NCBI RefSeq assembly: GCF_051474125.1
Contig: NZ_CP150338.1
Span: forward strand, 9,350,583 to 9,414,582
DNA: 64,000 bases
From: Sorangium sp. So ce388
GTDB lineage: Bacteria; Myxococcota_A; Polyangia; Polyangiales; Polyangiaceae
Direction of reading: 5' to 3'
Shown here one piece after another: positions 55,001 to 63,940 of the stretch. How positions within the stretch are numbered: the stretch's first letter is position 1; every line of letters starts with the position of its first letter. Below the pieces are notes generated by a model. The model was given only the letters and a program-made list of their open reading frames with translations, ran no database searches and was not told the DNA's origin. The position numbers and the translations under genes were made by a program.

Positions 55001-57622
55001 CTGCTCGCGCTGCGGGTCACGGCGGGGCTGCTCCGCTTCGCGAGCGGGCCGCGGGCCCTCGCCTGCCTGTACTGGGCGGGGCTCGAGCCGCGCGCCCGGG
55101 ATCTCGCGCACCGGCGGGCGCGGAGCCTGGGCCGGCTCGCGGCGCAGCTCGGCGAGAGCGAGGCGCGGGCGGCGCTCGCGGCCGAGCTCGCGGAGGGCGT
55201 GGCGGCGACCGCGGCGGCGCACCGGCTGGGGGCGGACGTGAGCAGCGCGGCGGACGTGCGCGTCGCGGCGCGGTACCTCGTGGAGGAGCTCGCGGCCGAG
55301 CGCCTCCGGTTCGTGACGAGCGACGCGGCGCTCGCGCTGCGCGACGCGCTGCTGTCCCACCTCGATCTGGCGGGGGGCCGCGCCGCGTTCGAGGAGGACC
55401 TCCGGCAGCTCGAGAAGCACCCGGCGGAGCGGCTCCAGCTCGCGCTCGCGTGGCTCACGGGCTTCGTCGCAAGAGATCCGTCGCGCGCCCCCCTGAGCCA
55501 CCTCGCGCTCGAGGCGGCGGTCGTCATCGTGACGGAGCGGCAGCTGGAGCGGGAGCCCAGCGGGGCGGTGACCGAGGCCCGCGTCGAGGGGCTGCTCGGC
55601 CAGCACCCGCGCATCCGCGACCGCGCGCTCGCGCTCCGGCTTGACGAATTCCTGAGCAGGATCGAGGACTTCCTGCACGAGCGGGCGCCGCGCTACCGCG
55701 CCTACAGGAAGGTGCGGAGCGAGATCGCGGAGCGCGAGCGGCGGCGGCTGCGGCTCGAGGAGTTCGCGCCGCGGGTGCTCACGTCGTTCGTGCGCAACCG
55801 GCTGATCGACGAGGTGTACCTGCCGCTCGTCGGCGCGAACCTGGCGAAGCAGCTCGGCGCCGCGGGCGACGTGAAGCGCACCGACCTGATGGGCATGCTG
55901 CTGCTCATCTCGCCGCCGGGCTACGGCAAGACGACGCTGATGGAGTACGTCGCGAGCAAGCTCGGGCTCGTGTTCATGAAGGTGAACGGGCCGTCGCTCG
56001 GCCACGAGGTGACGTCGCTCGACCCGGCCGAGGCCCCGAACGCGACGGCGCGCCAGGAGGTCGAGAAGATCAACCTGGCGTTCGAGATGGGCAACAACGT
56101 GATGCTGTACCTCGACGACATCCAGCACACGAACACGGAGCTCCTGCAGAAGTTCATCTCGCTCTGCGACGGGCAGCGCCGGATCGAGGGCGTGTGGCGC
56201 GGCCGGACGCGGACGTATGACCTGCGCGGCAAGAAGTTCTGCGTGGTGATGGCGGGCAACCCGTACACGGAGTCGGGGGCGCGGTTCCAGATCCCCGACA
56301 TGCTGTCGAACCGGGCCGACACGTACAACCTCGGCGACATCCTCGACGGCAAGGAGGAGCTCTTCGCGCTGAGCTACCTGGAGAACGCGCTCACGTCGAA
56401 CCCGACGCTCGCGCCGCTCTCGGGGCGCGCGCCGGGCGACACGCACCGGCTCATCCGGATGGCGCAGGGCGAGGCGGTGGCCGCGACGGAGCTCGAGCAC
56501 GCCTACTCCGCGGCCGAGGTCGCGGAGATCGTCGCCGTGTTCGAGCGGCTCTTCCAGGTGCAGCGGGTGCTGCTCTCGGTGAACCTCGAGTACATCCGCA
56601 GCGCGTCGCAGGACGACGCCTTCCGGACGGAGCCGCCGTTCAAGCTGCAGGGCAGCTACCGGAACATGAACAAGCTGGCCGAGAAGGTCGTGGCGGCGCA
56701 CACGCCCGCGGAGGTCGACCGGCTCATCGACGATCACTACGTGAGCGAGTCGCAGACGCTGACGACCGGCGCCGAGCAGAACCTGCTCAAGCTCGGCGAG
56801 CTGCGCGGCCGGACGACGCCCGAGCAGCAGGCGCGGTGGGACGAGATCAAGAAGGGCTTCGTGCGCATCAAGCGCATGGGCGGCAAGGAGGACGACCCGG
56901 TGGTGCGCGTGACCGGCACGCTCTCGATGCTCGGCGAGCAGCTCGAGGGCATCCGCGGGGCGATCGGGAAGGCGGCCGCGGTGGCGCAGGCGGGCGACGC
57001 GCGGGCGCGGGAGATGAAGCAGTGGCTCGCGCCCGAGATCGAGCGGCTCTCCGGGGCGCTCAAGGGGGTGGCGCAGCCCCGGGTGGAGGTGAAGGTCGAG
57101 ACCGATCGGTCGGTGTCGGAGTTCGTGGGCCACCACCTGTCGCTGGTGGAGCGGCTCGTGGCGCCGCTCGCGAAGGCGACGACGCAGAGCGCGTTCGGCA
57201 TCCGGGCGATCGAGGCGCAGGTCTCGGAGCTCGGGCAGGCGCTCCGGTCGCTCGACGAGCGGGTCCGCGCGGCGGCGCGCCCGCAGAGCCAGCCGCCGCC
57301 GCCGCGCTTCGAGGCGCGGCTCGGGGCGGAGTCGCCGGCGAACTTCTACCGGACCGCGCCCGCGGCCGACGTGGTGGAGCACGGCGGCATCTTCGTTCCG
57401 ACGTTCCGGCAGCCGCCGGCGCGGGGGACGACGGTCGCGCTCAAGCTCCCTTTCGCGGAGGGCGGCGAGATCGACGCCGTGGCGGTGGTCGAGTGGACGC
57501 GCGACGCGCAGGACGAGGGTCCGGCTGGGTTCGGGGCGCGCTTCGTGCGGCTCTCGGGCGAGCAGCGGGAGCTCGTGGAGGGGTTCGTACGGCAGCGGGA
57601 GCCGATGCTGCTCCGCGCCTGA
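52001..57622 (+). CDS. Very large (1873 aa) AAA-type ATPase with a C-terminal PilZ (c-di-GMP-binding-type) domain.
   Basis: Walker A ISPPGYGKTTL. Walker B VMLYLDDIQHTN. C-terminal PRFEAR (RxxxR) ...DVVEHGGIF ... GFGARFVRLSGEQRELVEGFV fits PilZ. The ATG at 52001 follows GGAGCAGG. Long helical regions lie between the domains. Confidence 0.75.
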   Translation: MVSTGALDGAARTAGAPPPKPAETLDGGNYEVIRRRLVERAEELGRRAEALNARRKQVFGGTDLALLENARVRTENNCLPRDIVSIRGKLLVGYLVFMGLKEVNVGDVFSLHRFAKADGAFDLSPVPLDEGDAFLGDPGFLKEFKDLHRYVKEPRLLQLRRSDTRLLAIFQVGATERDVKVFRWSIDATGRIRYLDARGEEDNVRPRHHDFAWTQSTRDDHVQGKHPHVSILGEIFVETVGGDLTVKVENNTTTGLGIYREPVDDAGQALDDADIQYARLGPLILLKIKPFREPSYRYLVYNGRTRKVVRIDAIGLACLSLPEDQGIVFPNGYYLVTGETKRFEGSTESLVFERVIRSPNGEDVLYVFHQVVEGRYVLFPYNLIRKEIATPIQCHGYSLFDDGKMVIFRASGDEATRVHPMQIWQTPFMTAEFAASAPTDGSYLAKVGNADLVRGISDALSLRRAAMDGSPTRQTFEDLIRTAGRMTDAFYWLGHAEAGDLLSTVTELRAVSESIVDEFEKVEAIKARAASALAETEAAQRQLLGGVRPEDAASVDAFLTALTALRRQRGHLITLRELKYMDLGRVDALEAEVVARADEVSRACVTFLLGEQAFRPLADRLAGLIAKIEAVAKSPELAPFAADLDAVNEGLSVLADIIASLKVDDPTARTRILEGISEVYAQLNRARATLTARGKDLRGAEGRAEFGAQFKVFGQSVSSALAVCDSPERCDRELSKLLVQLEELEGKFGEFDEFLGELAAKREEVNDAIAARRQALLDERQRRVSNLVAAADRIVQGVARRARSFAGADELNTYFASDPMVAKVRDLAAELHALGDSVKGDEVEARLKSARQDALRALRDREDLFEGGGDVIKLGRHRFNVSTQPLELTLVPRGEGLALHLTGTDFFEPIEDPALASARDLWGQELASETPAVYRGEFLAGSMLADAEAGRGGLSIERLREAALGPGGLLAAVRAYAEGRHDEGYERGVHDADAALILEKLLALRVTAGLLRFASGPRALACLYWAGLEPRARDLAHRRARSLGRLAAQLGESEARAALAAELAEGVAATAAAHRLGADVSSAADVRVAARYLVEELAAERLRFVTSDAALALRDALLSHLDLAGGRAAFEEDLRQLEKHPAERLQLALAWLTGFVARDPSRAPLSHLALEAAVVIVTERQLEREPSGAVTEARVEGLLGQHPRIRDRALALRLDEFLSRIEDFLHERAPRYRAYRKVRSEIAERERRRLRLEEFAPRVLTSFVRNRLIDEVYLPLVGANLAKQLGAAGDVKRTDLMGMLLLISPPGYGKTTLMEYVASKLGLVFMKVNGPSLGHEVTSLDPAEAPNATARQEVEKINLAFEMGNNVMLYLDDIQHTNTELLQKFISLCDGQRRIEGVWRGRTRTYDLRGKKFCVVMAGNPYTESGARFQIPDMLSNRADTYNLGDILDGKEELFALSYLENALTSNPTLAPLSGRAPGDTHRLIRMAQGEAVAATELEHAYSAAEVAEIVAVFERLFQVQRVLLSVNLEYIRSASQDDAFRTEPPFKLQGSYRNMNKLAEKVVAAHTPAEVDRLIDDHYVSESQTLTTGAEQNLLKLGELRGRTTPEQQARWDEIKKGFVRIKRMGGKEDDPVVRVTGTLSMLGEQLEGIRGAIGKAAAVAQAGDARAREMKQWLAPEIERLSGALKGVAQPRVEVKVETDRSVSEFVGHHLSLVERLVAPLAKATTQSAFGIRAIEAQVSELGQALRSLDERVRAAARPQSQPPPPRFEARLGAESPANFYRTAPAADVVEHGGIFVPTFRQPPARGTTVALKLPFAEGGEIDAVAVVEWTRDAQDEGPAGFGARFVRLSGEQRELVEGFVRQREPMLLRA

Positions 57623-58031
57623 TCGCGCGCCGCCGGGTGGCGACGCGCGTGCGTCAGGCTGGCAACGTTCACACGCACACGGCGTCCGGCGCACGCGAGC
57701 GCCCGGCTGCCGCCGCTCGCGCTTCCTCGCCTGTTTACGCTCGCGTGCGCTCGTCTGTCCGCGCTCGCGTGCGCTCGCCTGCTGGCTCGGCGACGCACGC
57801 AGAAGCGGAGGTGCTCCACGCGATCACAGCACCCGAGCTCAGCCACCCGCACGCCGCTCGTTCCGCACACGAACGCGCACACAAGCGAGCAGACGCACGG
57901 GACAGTTGCCTGCATGAGGGGTGGAGGCGCGTCCCTCGTGCGTGTTATCACCATGCCGCGACGCGTATCGTCAGCGATGGCCTGGACTCGAAGCCCGCGC
58001 TCCGGCGCCGGGTATGCAGGAGCTTCGGCGC

Positions 58032-59240
58032 ATGAAGATGATGACCCTCGGACCCTTTGATGGGAACGCGTGGCTGCTCGGGCGGAAGGTGGAGCGGACG
58101 GTCGCCGAGTGGAAGGAGCCGGCGCGGCTCGCGATCGTGGCCATGCCGAGCGGGACGAAGCACGAGGAGTACCTCGCCGCGATCGAGGACGCGACGGGCA
58201 TCCCGGTGGTCGGGGCCACGACCGGCGGGGCGTCGTTCACGGAGCGCGGCTTCAGCAAGAGCGGGGTGACGTGCGCGTTCCTCGGCGGCGCGAACGTCGA
58301 CGTGGCGTGCGCGGCGGCGCGCGAGCTGCGCGCGGATCACGTGAAGAGCATCCGGGCGGCGCTGAGCGACATGGACGAGGCGGTCTCGAGCAGCGGGCCG
58401 CGCAGCGGGTCGCCGAGCTCGATCCTGGTGCTGGCCGACGCGTTCGCGTGCGACGGCGACGAGCTCGTCGCGGCGCTCCGCCAGGGTGTGCCGCCGCACA
58501 CGCGCGTCTTCGGCGGGACGGCGGGCGACGGCTGGACGTTCGAGGGGGCGCGGGTGTTCCTGGGCCGCAAGGCGCTGACGGACGCGGCGATCCTCGTGCG
58601 GCTGACGCACCGGCACCGGATGAACATCGACGTGGTGCACGGGTTCCGCGCGGCCGAGGGCGGGCGGGATTTCACGATCACCGACATCGAGCGGAACGTG
58701 CTGAAGACGCTCGACGGGCAGCCGGCGGCGCGGGTGTACGAGGAGGAGCTCTCGCGGCTCGGGTTCAGGTCGAGCGGCGAGGGGCTGCTCCAGACGATGG
58801 CGAAGCACGCGCTCGGCGCGAAGACGCCGTTCGGCGAGGCGCTGAAGATCAGGTCGCCGATCGCGGTCCGGGGGGACGGGGCGGTGGTGCTGACCGGGGG
58901 GCTCTCGCGGGGGCAGGTCGTCCGGGTGGTGAACGCGGGGACCGACGCGCTGCTGCAGGCGGCGAAGAGCCTGTCGACGAAGGTGCTCGGGCCGCTGCCG
59001 GCGGTGTCGGGGTCGCTGGTGTTCGACTGTGCGTCGCGGTACCGGCTGCTGGGCGAGCGGTACCGCGAGGAGGTGCGCGCGTTCCTGTCGCCTCACGGGG
59101 GGTCGCACCCGATGTTCGGGATGGCCTGTTACGGGCAGATCGCGAAGTTCGGGGGGAGCGTCGAGGGGTTCCACAACACGAGCTCGGTCATGGTGGCGTG
59201 GGGGGAGTCGGACCATGGGACGGGGCCGGCGAGCGGGTGA
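58032..59240 (+). CDS. FIST-domain (FIST_N + FIST_C) sensory protein.
   Basis: Two-lobed architecture with Gly-rich turns typical of FIST (…VLADAFACDGDELV…, …GSLVFDCASRY…). It lies directly downstream of the AAA-PilZ gene. Confidence 0.65.
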   Translation: MKMMTLGPFDGNAWLLGRKVERTVAEWKEPARLAIVAMPSGTKHEEYLAAIEDATGIPVVGATTGGASFTERGFSKSGVTCAFLGGANVDVACAAARELRADHVKSIRAALSDMDEAVSSSGPRSGSPSSILVLADAFACDGDELVAALRQGVPPHTRVFGGTAGDGWTFEGARVFLGRKALTDAAILVRLTHRHRMNIDVVHGFRAAEGGRDFTITDIERNVLKTLDGQPAARVYEEELSRLGFRSSGEGLLQTMAKHALGAKTPFGEALKIRSPIAVRGDGAVVLTGGLSRGQVVRVVNAGTDALLQAAKSLSTKVLGPLPAVSGSLVFDCASRYRLLGERYREEVRAFLSPHGGSHPMFGMACYGQIAKFGGSVEGFHNTSSVMVAWGESDHGTGPASG

Positions 59241-59275
59241 GCTGCGGCTCCTCCAGGTCGTGCCGGATGGCCCGA

Positions 59276-59423
59276 CCCGAGGAGAGGGGGCTCGTCGCGC
59301 GGTGTGGGGGCCCCGCCGGACTCGCCTGAGTCTTCGCTCATCCGGCTTCGCCGGAAGAGCGAAGACTCAGGCTCAAACATCGGCCCATCCCCCACACCGC
59401 GCGACGAGCCCCCTCTCCTCGGG
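59276..59423. repeat. Long imperfect inverted repeat (~65-bp arms) with a nested perfect 16-bp inverted repeat and a palindromic loop. Candidate terminator, structured RNA or MITE-like element.
   Basis: cccgaggagagggggctcgtcgcgcggtgtggggg (59276-59310) is the reverse complement of 59389-59423. The inner pair gcctgagtcttcgctc (59324-59339) / gagcgaagactcaggc (59357-59372) flanks the loop ccggcttcgccgg. It starts 36 nt after the FIST stop. Confidence 0.6.
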
Positions 59424-60233
59424 CCTACCGCCTTGCTAAAAGGGGTGCGAGCCGCAGCGGGTTTGATGAAGGGGTGCGAGCTGCAACGGGCGTACTGACA
59501 GGGTGCGAGCCGCAACGGGCTCGCCACCAAGCTGCGCGGCGCAGAGACGCGCACGGCGACGACCCCCATCAGCACGCCTGCCTGTCCTCGCCATCCGGCG
59601 GCGATTCTAGCCGTTCAACCGGCGACCAGGAAATCCAAGCTTCGACCAGCGCGGCGCCAGGGAGGCGAAGGCGGGCCGGAGACCCGCTCCGCAAGAGGCT
59701 GGTCTCGAAGCCGGCGAGACCAGCAGGCCCCGCCTCGAGGAACCGGCGATGGCGCCCATCACCTCACCAGCACACCCACAGAAACTCGCACGGTGAGACG
59801 CCAAAGCAGCGGAGCGATGACAACAACACGCCACAGCCTCGCCCTGCAACGCAGGCCACACGAGCGGCGCACGTCGACTGGGGGCAAGAACACAAAGCCA
59901 GATCGCGCGCAGAAAGTTACGCGACCCACCCAGCGCCGCGCACAGCGGTGCTGCCGCCTGAGTACGCATCTCACACCGTGCGAACCCTTTGCATGAACCA
60001 CGGAAACTTCAGGCAAAGCTGCGGACAATTCCGCTCTGACAAACACACGTTCTCTTCACGAGAGATTCGATGTCTGTCATGATGAGCTCATCGCGGCCGT
60101 TGAGTCGGCTTCTCTTTTTTCTCTCTTGGGGAGCTCGCGGCTGATCCAGGACATGCTCGCGCCTCGCGCGCGGGCCGCTCCACGCCTGGCGCAGCTGCGT
60201 GCTCTCAACATCACAAGGACGGAGGAGACTCTC

Positions 60234-61763
60234 ATGAACCTTGCACCCTGGCAGAAGCTCTCGTCGCAGCGACGTCGGCAGTCCCCGAGCGGGAGCGATG
60301 AGCAGCGTCAAGCAAGGGACGAGCGACTCGCGAGCTCGCCGAGCCCGCGCCCGAGCGAGGGCAGCTTCGCAGGCACGCACCTCGCGGCGCGGCTCGCGCT
60401 GGCCGGGCTGCTCGCGGCGCTGGGCGCGTGCGTCGCCGGAGAGGCCGGCGACGCCGAACTCGGCGATGAATCGCTGATGGCCGCCGAGGGCGGCCTCTCG
60501 GCCGAGCTGAGCTACCAGCCGCTCTGGGGAGGCCGCTACTGCGCCGCCGTCACCGTGTCCAACGACGGCGCGAGCGCGACAACATCGTGGAAGGTCGTCA
60601 CCGACGTGAAGGGCGCGACGGTGACCAGGTCCTCAGGCGCCGTCTTCTCGAGCAGCGGCACGCTCCTGACAGCCACGCCGACCACAAGCAACGCGCGCAT
60701 CGCCCCCGGCGCCTCGGTCACATTCAACTTCTGCGCGACGGGCACCACGCGCCCGACCATCGCGTCCGTGACCGGAGGCGAGACGTCGACCGGCAGCGGC
60801 GGCTCCGGCGGCGCTGGCGGCTCCGGTGGCAGCGGCGGCTCCGGCGGCGCTGGCGGCTCTGGCGGCGCTGGCGGCTCCGGTGGCGCTGGCGGCTCCGGCG
60901 GTGCCGGCGGCAGCGGCGGCGCCGGCGGCAGCGGCGGTGCCGGTGGCAGCGGCGGCGCCGGCGGCAGCGGCGGCTCGGATGGCGCCAGCGCGCCGAGCGC
61001 CCTGCCCGCGGCCCGGGAGGCGTGCCCGACGATCGCCACCGGGACGATGACCTTCCTCGGCCGCGAGGTGCGCGTATGGGCCGGCGCGCGGTCCGCCACA
61101 CCGGCTCCGGTGGTCATCTACTGGCACGCCACGAGCTCCCGCCCGCAAGAGGCGCTGAGCGGCCTCGGACAGGCCGCCATCGACGAGATCACGAGCCGCG
61201 GAGGTGTCGTGTTCGCGCCCAACGCGTACGATGGCCACGGCGGCGAGGACGGCACGCGGACCACAGGCAACAACGTGTGGTACGTGGGCGACTTCAACAC
61301 GACCGATGAAGCGCTCGCGTGCGCCATCCAGCAGCGCAACATCGACACGCGACGCATCCACTCGCTCGGGTTCAGCGCGGGCGGCCTCCAGGCCGCGTAC
61401 ATGGCCTATGCGCGCTCCGGCTACGTCGCGAGCGTCGTGACGTACTCGGGCGGCACGACGGCCTTGGGCACGCCGCCGCTCCAGGACGCCACCAACGCGC
61501 CCGCCGTCATGGGGGTCCACGGCGCCGAGGGCTCCGACGTCGTCGGCATCGACTTCGCCCGCGCCAGCGCGGCGTTCGAGCGCGACATCAAGGCGAAGGG
61601 CGGCTTCGCCATCGACTGCGACAGCGGCGGCGGACACCGCATCCCGTCCGGCATCGCCCCCTCCAGCTGGCAGTTCCTGAAGGACCACCCGTACAAGGTC
61701 GCGCCGAGGCCCTACGCGTCGGGTATCCCGTCGAGCTTCCCGACCTATTGCAGGATCCCCTGA
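60234..61763 (+). CDS. Secreted CBM2 (cellulose/xylan-binding) domain fused through a Gly/Ser linker to an alpha/beta-hydrolase esterase (PHB-depolymerase/feruloyl/acetyl-xylan esterase type).
   Basis: GGAGGAG SD. CBM2 signature ...YQPLWGGRYCAAVTVSNDGASATTSWKVV...FNFCATG. A (GGSGGAG)n linker. A GFSAGG (GxSxG) nucleophile elbow. Confidence 0.75.
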   Translation: MNLAPWQKLSSQRRRQSPSGSDEQRQARDERLASSPSPRPSEGSFAGTHLAARLALAGLLAALGACVAGEAGDAELGDESLMAAEGGLSAELSYQPLWGGRYCAAVTVSNDGASATTSWKVVTDVKGATVTRSSGAVFSSSGTLLTATPTTSNARIAPGASVTFNFCATGTTRPTIASVTGGETSTGSGGSGGAGGSGGSGGSGGAGGSGGAGGSGGAGGSGGAGGSGGAGGSGGAGGSGGAGGSGGSDGASAPSALPAAREACPTIATGTMTFLGREVRVWAGARSATPAPVVIYWHATSSRPQEALSGLGQAAIDEITSRGGVVFAPNAYDGHGGEDGTRTTGNNVWYVGDFNTTDEALACAIQQRNIDTRRIHSLGFSAGGLQAAYMAYARSGYVASVVTYSGGTTALGTPPLQDATNAPAVMGVHGAEGSDVVGIDFARASAAFERDIKAKGGFAIDCDSGGGHRIPSGIAPSSWQFLKDHPYKVAPRPYASGIPSSFPTYCRIP

Positions 61764-61793
61764 GCTCCGCCGCGCAGGCCGCAAAAGGTCGCG

Positions 61794-62756
61794 TCAGAAC
61801 CCGAGCGACCTGACCGCCTTGCGGATCGTGTCGGCGCTGGCCCGGAGGCCGGCCTCCTCCTCCGGGCTCATCGGGATCGGCAGCTGCGACTCGAGGCCAG
61901 ACCGGTTCACGATGCACGGCACGCTCAGGCAAACGTCGTCGATCCCGCGGTAACCACTCAGCAGGGTGCTGACCGGCAGCACGCGGTTCTCGTCGCGCAG
62001 CAGGGCCTCCAGGATCTTGGCGGTCGCGAGGCCGATGGCGTAGTTGGTCGCGCCCTTGCCGGAGATCACCTGGGCAGCGGCGTTCTTCACGCCGTGGAAG
62101 ATCTCCTCCCGGTCGCCCGCGCCGAGCTTGCCGTGGCCGGGCACGGACCACGCGTCCAGCGGGATGTTCGCGACGCTCGCGCTGCTCCACAGCGGCACCT
62201 CGCTGTCCCCGTGCTCGCCGGCGATGTACGCGTGGACGTTCTGCACAGCCACGTTCAGCCGCCTGGCGATCAGGAACCGGAACCTGCTGCTGTCGAGCAC
62301 CGTGCCGCTGCCGATCACCCGGGCGGGCGGGAGGCCGGTCAGCTTGAGCGTGACATACGTGATCACGTCGACCGGGTTCGTCACGAGCAGATAGAGAGCG
62401 TCCGGCGCGACGGCCTGGAGCCTCGGCAACAGCTCGCGGCATATCGCGACGTTCGCCGTGGCGAGGTCCATCCGGCTCTGCCCGGGCTTCTGCTTCGCGC
62501 CGGCGGTGATGACGACCACGTGCGCCCCGCGGCAGACCTCGGCGTCATCGCTGCCCTCGAGCGTGGCCACCGGGACGAACTGCAAGCCGTGGTTCAGGTC
62601 GAGCACCTCGGCGTCGACCTTGGCCCGGTTCACGTCGAACAGCGCCACCTGCTTCGCCACCCCGCGGAGCAGGCACGCATAGGCGATCGTCGCGCCGACG
62701 CTGCCAGCGCCCACGACCGCGACCTTGGTGGGAGATACGGACTGGGGATCAGGCAT
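61794..62756 (-). CDS. ldh: L-lactate dehydrogenase (LDH/MDH superfamily).
   Basis: N-terminal Rossmann motif VAVVGAGSVG, the substrate loop and the IAGEHGDS motif typical of L-LDH. Length is 320 aa. Confidence 0.85.
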   Translation of the reverse strand: MPDPQSVSPTKVAVVGAGSVGATIAYACLLRGVAKQVALFDVNRAKVDAEVLDLNHGLQFVPVATLEGSDDAEVCRGAHVVVITAGAKQKPGQSRMDLATANVAICRELLPRLQAVAPDALYLLVTNPVDVITYVTLKLTGLPPARVIGSGTVLDSSRFRFLIARRLNVAVQNVHAYIAGEHGDSEVPLWSSASVANIPLDAWSVPGHGKLGAGDREEIFHGVKNAAAQVISGKGATNYAIGLATAKILEALLRDENRVLPVSTLLSGYRGIDDVCLSVPCIVNRSGLESQLPIPMSPEEEAGLRASADTIRKAVRSLGF

Positions 62757-62800
62757 ACGCTCCGGGTATCGCAGCGGCGCGACCGGACCAAGCCAAATCG

Positions 62801-62908
62801 GGCGCCGGGGCGGCGCTCACGCGTCGACCTCGCCGCTCGCGACGGCCGGCGCCGGGGCGGCGCTCACGCGTCGACCTCGCCGCTCGCGACGGCCGGCGCC
62901 GGGGCGGC
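62801..62908. repeat. 47-bp perfect tandem duplication (2.3 copies) spanning the MscS stop codon.
   Basis: ggcgccggggcggcgctcacgcgtcgacctcgccgctcgcgacggcc occurs at 62801-62847 and again at 62848-62894, then a partial third copy. The stop (tca on +) lies in copy 2. Confidence 0.7.
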
Positions 62909-63940
62909 TGGCGCCGCGGCGAGCGCCGGCAGCACCACGGGGCCGGCAGCGGGATCGCCGGGCGCGGCGGGGCGCAGCTCGACGGCGACGCCCGGCTGCG
63001 CCGCGGCGGGGCTGAGCGCGACGCCCTCCTCGCGGCACGCGCGGAAGAACGCCTTCATGAGCTCGGACTCCAGCAGATCGTGGCGCTCGAAGTCGGCGAT
63101 CCAGAACTTGATGACGTAGCGCAGGAAGAGCGGCGTGACGGCCGCGAGCCAGAGCCGCGGCGGGGGCTCGCGGAGGATGTCCGGCACCGCTGCGCACGCG
63201 CGCTGGGCGGCGCGCTCCACAGCCTCGGGCGCGGCGCCGAGCGAGACGAGCATCTCGATGTTGCGCGCGCACGTCCGGTCCGGCGCGCAGAAGTTCTGCA
63301 CGCGCGCCTTGGCGATGACCGAGTTCGGCAGGATCACGATGTCCCCGGAGAACGTCCTGAGGCGCGTCGAGCGCCACCCGACATAGACCACCTGCCCCTC
63401 GATGCCGTCGACGAGGATCCAGTCGCCCACGCCGAACGACCGCTCCGAGTGCAGGGCGAGCCCGGCGAAGAGGTTGCCCAGGGTGTCCTGGAGCGCGAGG
63501 CCGAGGACCACCGTGATGACGGTCGACGTCGCGAGCAGCGGCACGAGGTCGACCCCGGTGACCGCGCCGACGATCGAGAGGCCGGCGACCAGGTAGAGGA
63601 TCGCGAGCAGGAGGTGCCGTACCAGCGCCGGGATCTGCACCTTCTGGCGCTCGGCGAGCCAGTAGTCGATGACCATGGTCTCGGCGATCTCGATGGCGAG
63701 GTACGACGCGAGCGCGAGCTCCATCAGGAGCACGCCCTTGTGGAGCGTGGGCAGCTCGCCCCCGCGCAGGGCGATGAACGTGTGCAGCGAGAGCAGCGCC
63801 ACGAGCAGGCGCGCCGGCAGCCGCATGCGGCGGATCAAGAGGTCGTCGAGCGATGTCTGCGTGGCGCGCGCGAGCCGCGCGAGCAGGGCGAAGAACAGGC
63901 GGTAGGCGACGAACCCGAGCGCGAAGACGGCCAGCGACAT
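62864..63940 (-). CDS. MscS-family mechanosensitive ion channel.
   Basis: Three N-terminal TM helices are followed by the conserved MscS beta-domain (VGDWILVDGIEGQVVYVGWRSTRLRTFSGDIVILPNS). The start is near the window edge and could lie further upstream. Confidence 0.75.
   Translation of the reverse strand: MSLAVFALGFVAYRLFFALLARLARATQTSLDDLLIRRMRLPARLLVALLSLHTFIALRGGELPTLHKGVLLMELALASYLAIEIAETMVIDYWLAERQKVQIPALVRHLLLAILYLVAGLSIVGAVTGVDLVPLLATSTVITVVLGLALQDTLGNLFAGLALHSERSFGVGDWILVDGIEGQVVYVGWRSTRLRTFSGDIVILPNSVIAKARVQNFCAPDRTCARNIEMLVSLGAAPEAVERAAQRACAAVPDILREPPPRLWLAAVTPLFLRYVIKFWIADFERHDLLESELMKAFFRACREEGVALSPAAAQPGVAVELRPAAPGDPAAGPVVLPALAAAPAAPAPAVASGEVDA

Noticed and set aside
51977-57694. 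1905-aa ORF on the minus strand, antisense to the AAA-PilZ gene. Similar long antisense ORFs: 2632..5244 +, 8325..10409 -, 11013..12668 -, 11255..13225 + (5' part), 13647..15635 -, 19405..21336 -, 30636..33002 -, 41751..43475 -, 43648..45999 -.
   Set aside because: Arg/Ala/Gly/Pro-dominated low-complexity translations with no motifs. They are typical shadow ORFs of ~70% GC DNA with GC3 bias. The opposite strand carries recognisable domains in every case.
59442-59519. tRNA-like or ncRNA call for the GGGTGCGAGC repeats.
   Set aside because: No cloverleaf can be drawn and there is no anticodon-arm or T-arm consensus. These are simple direct repeats.
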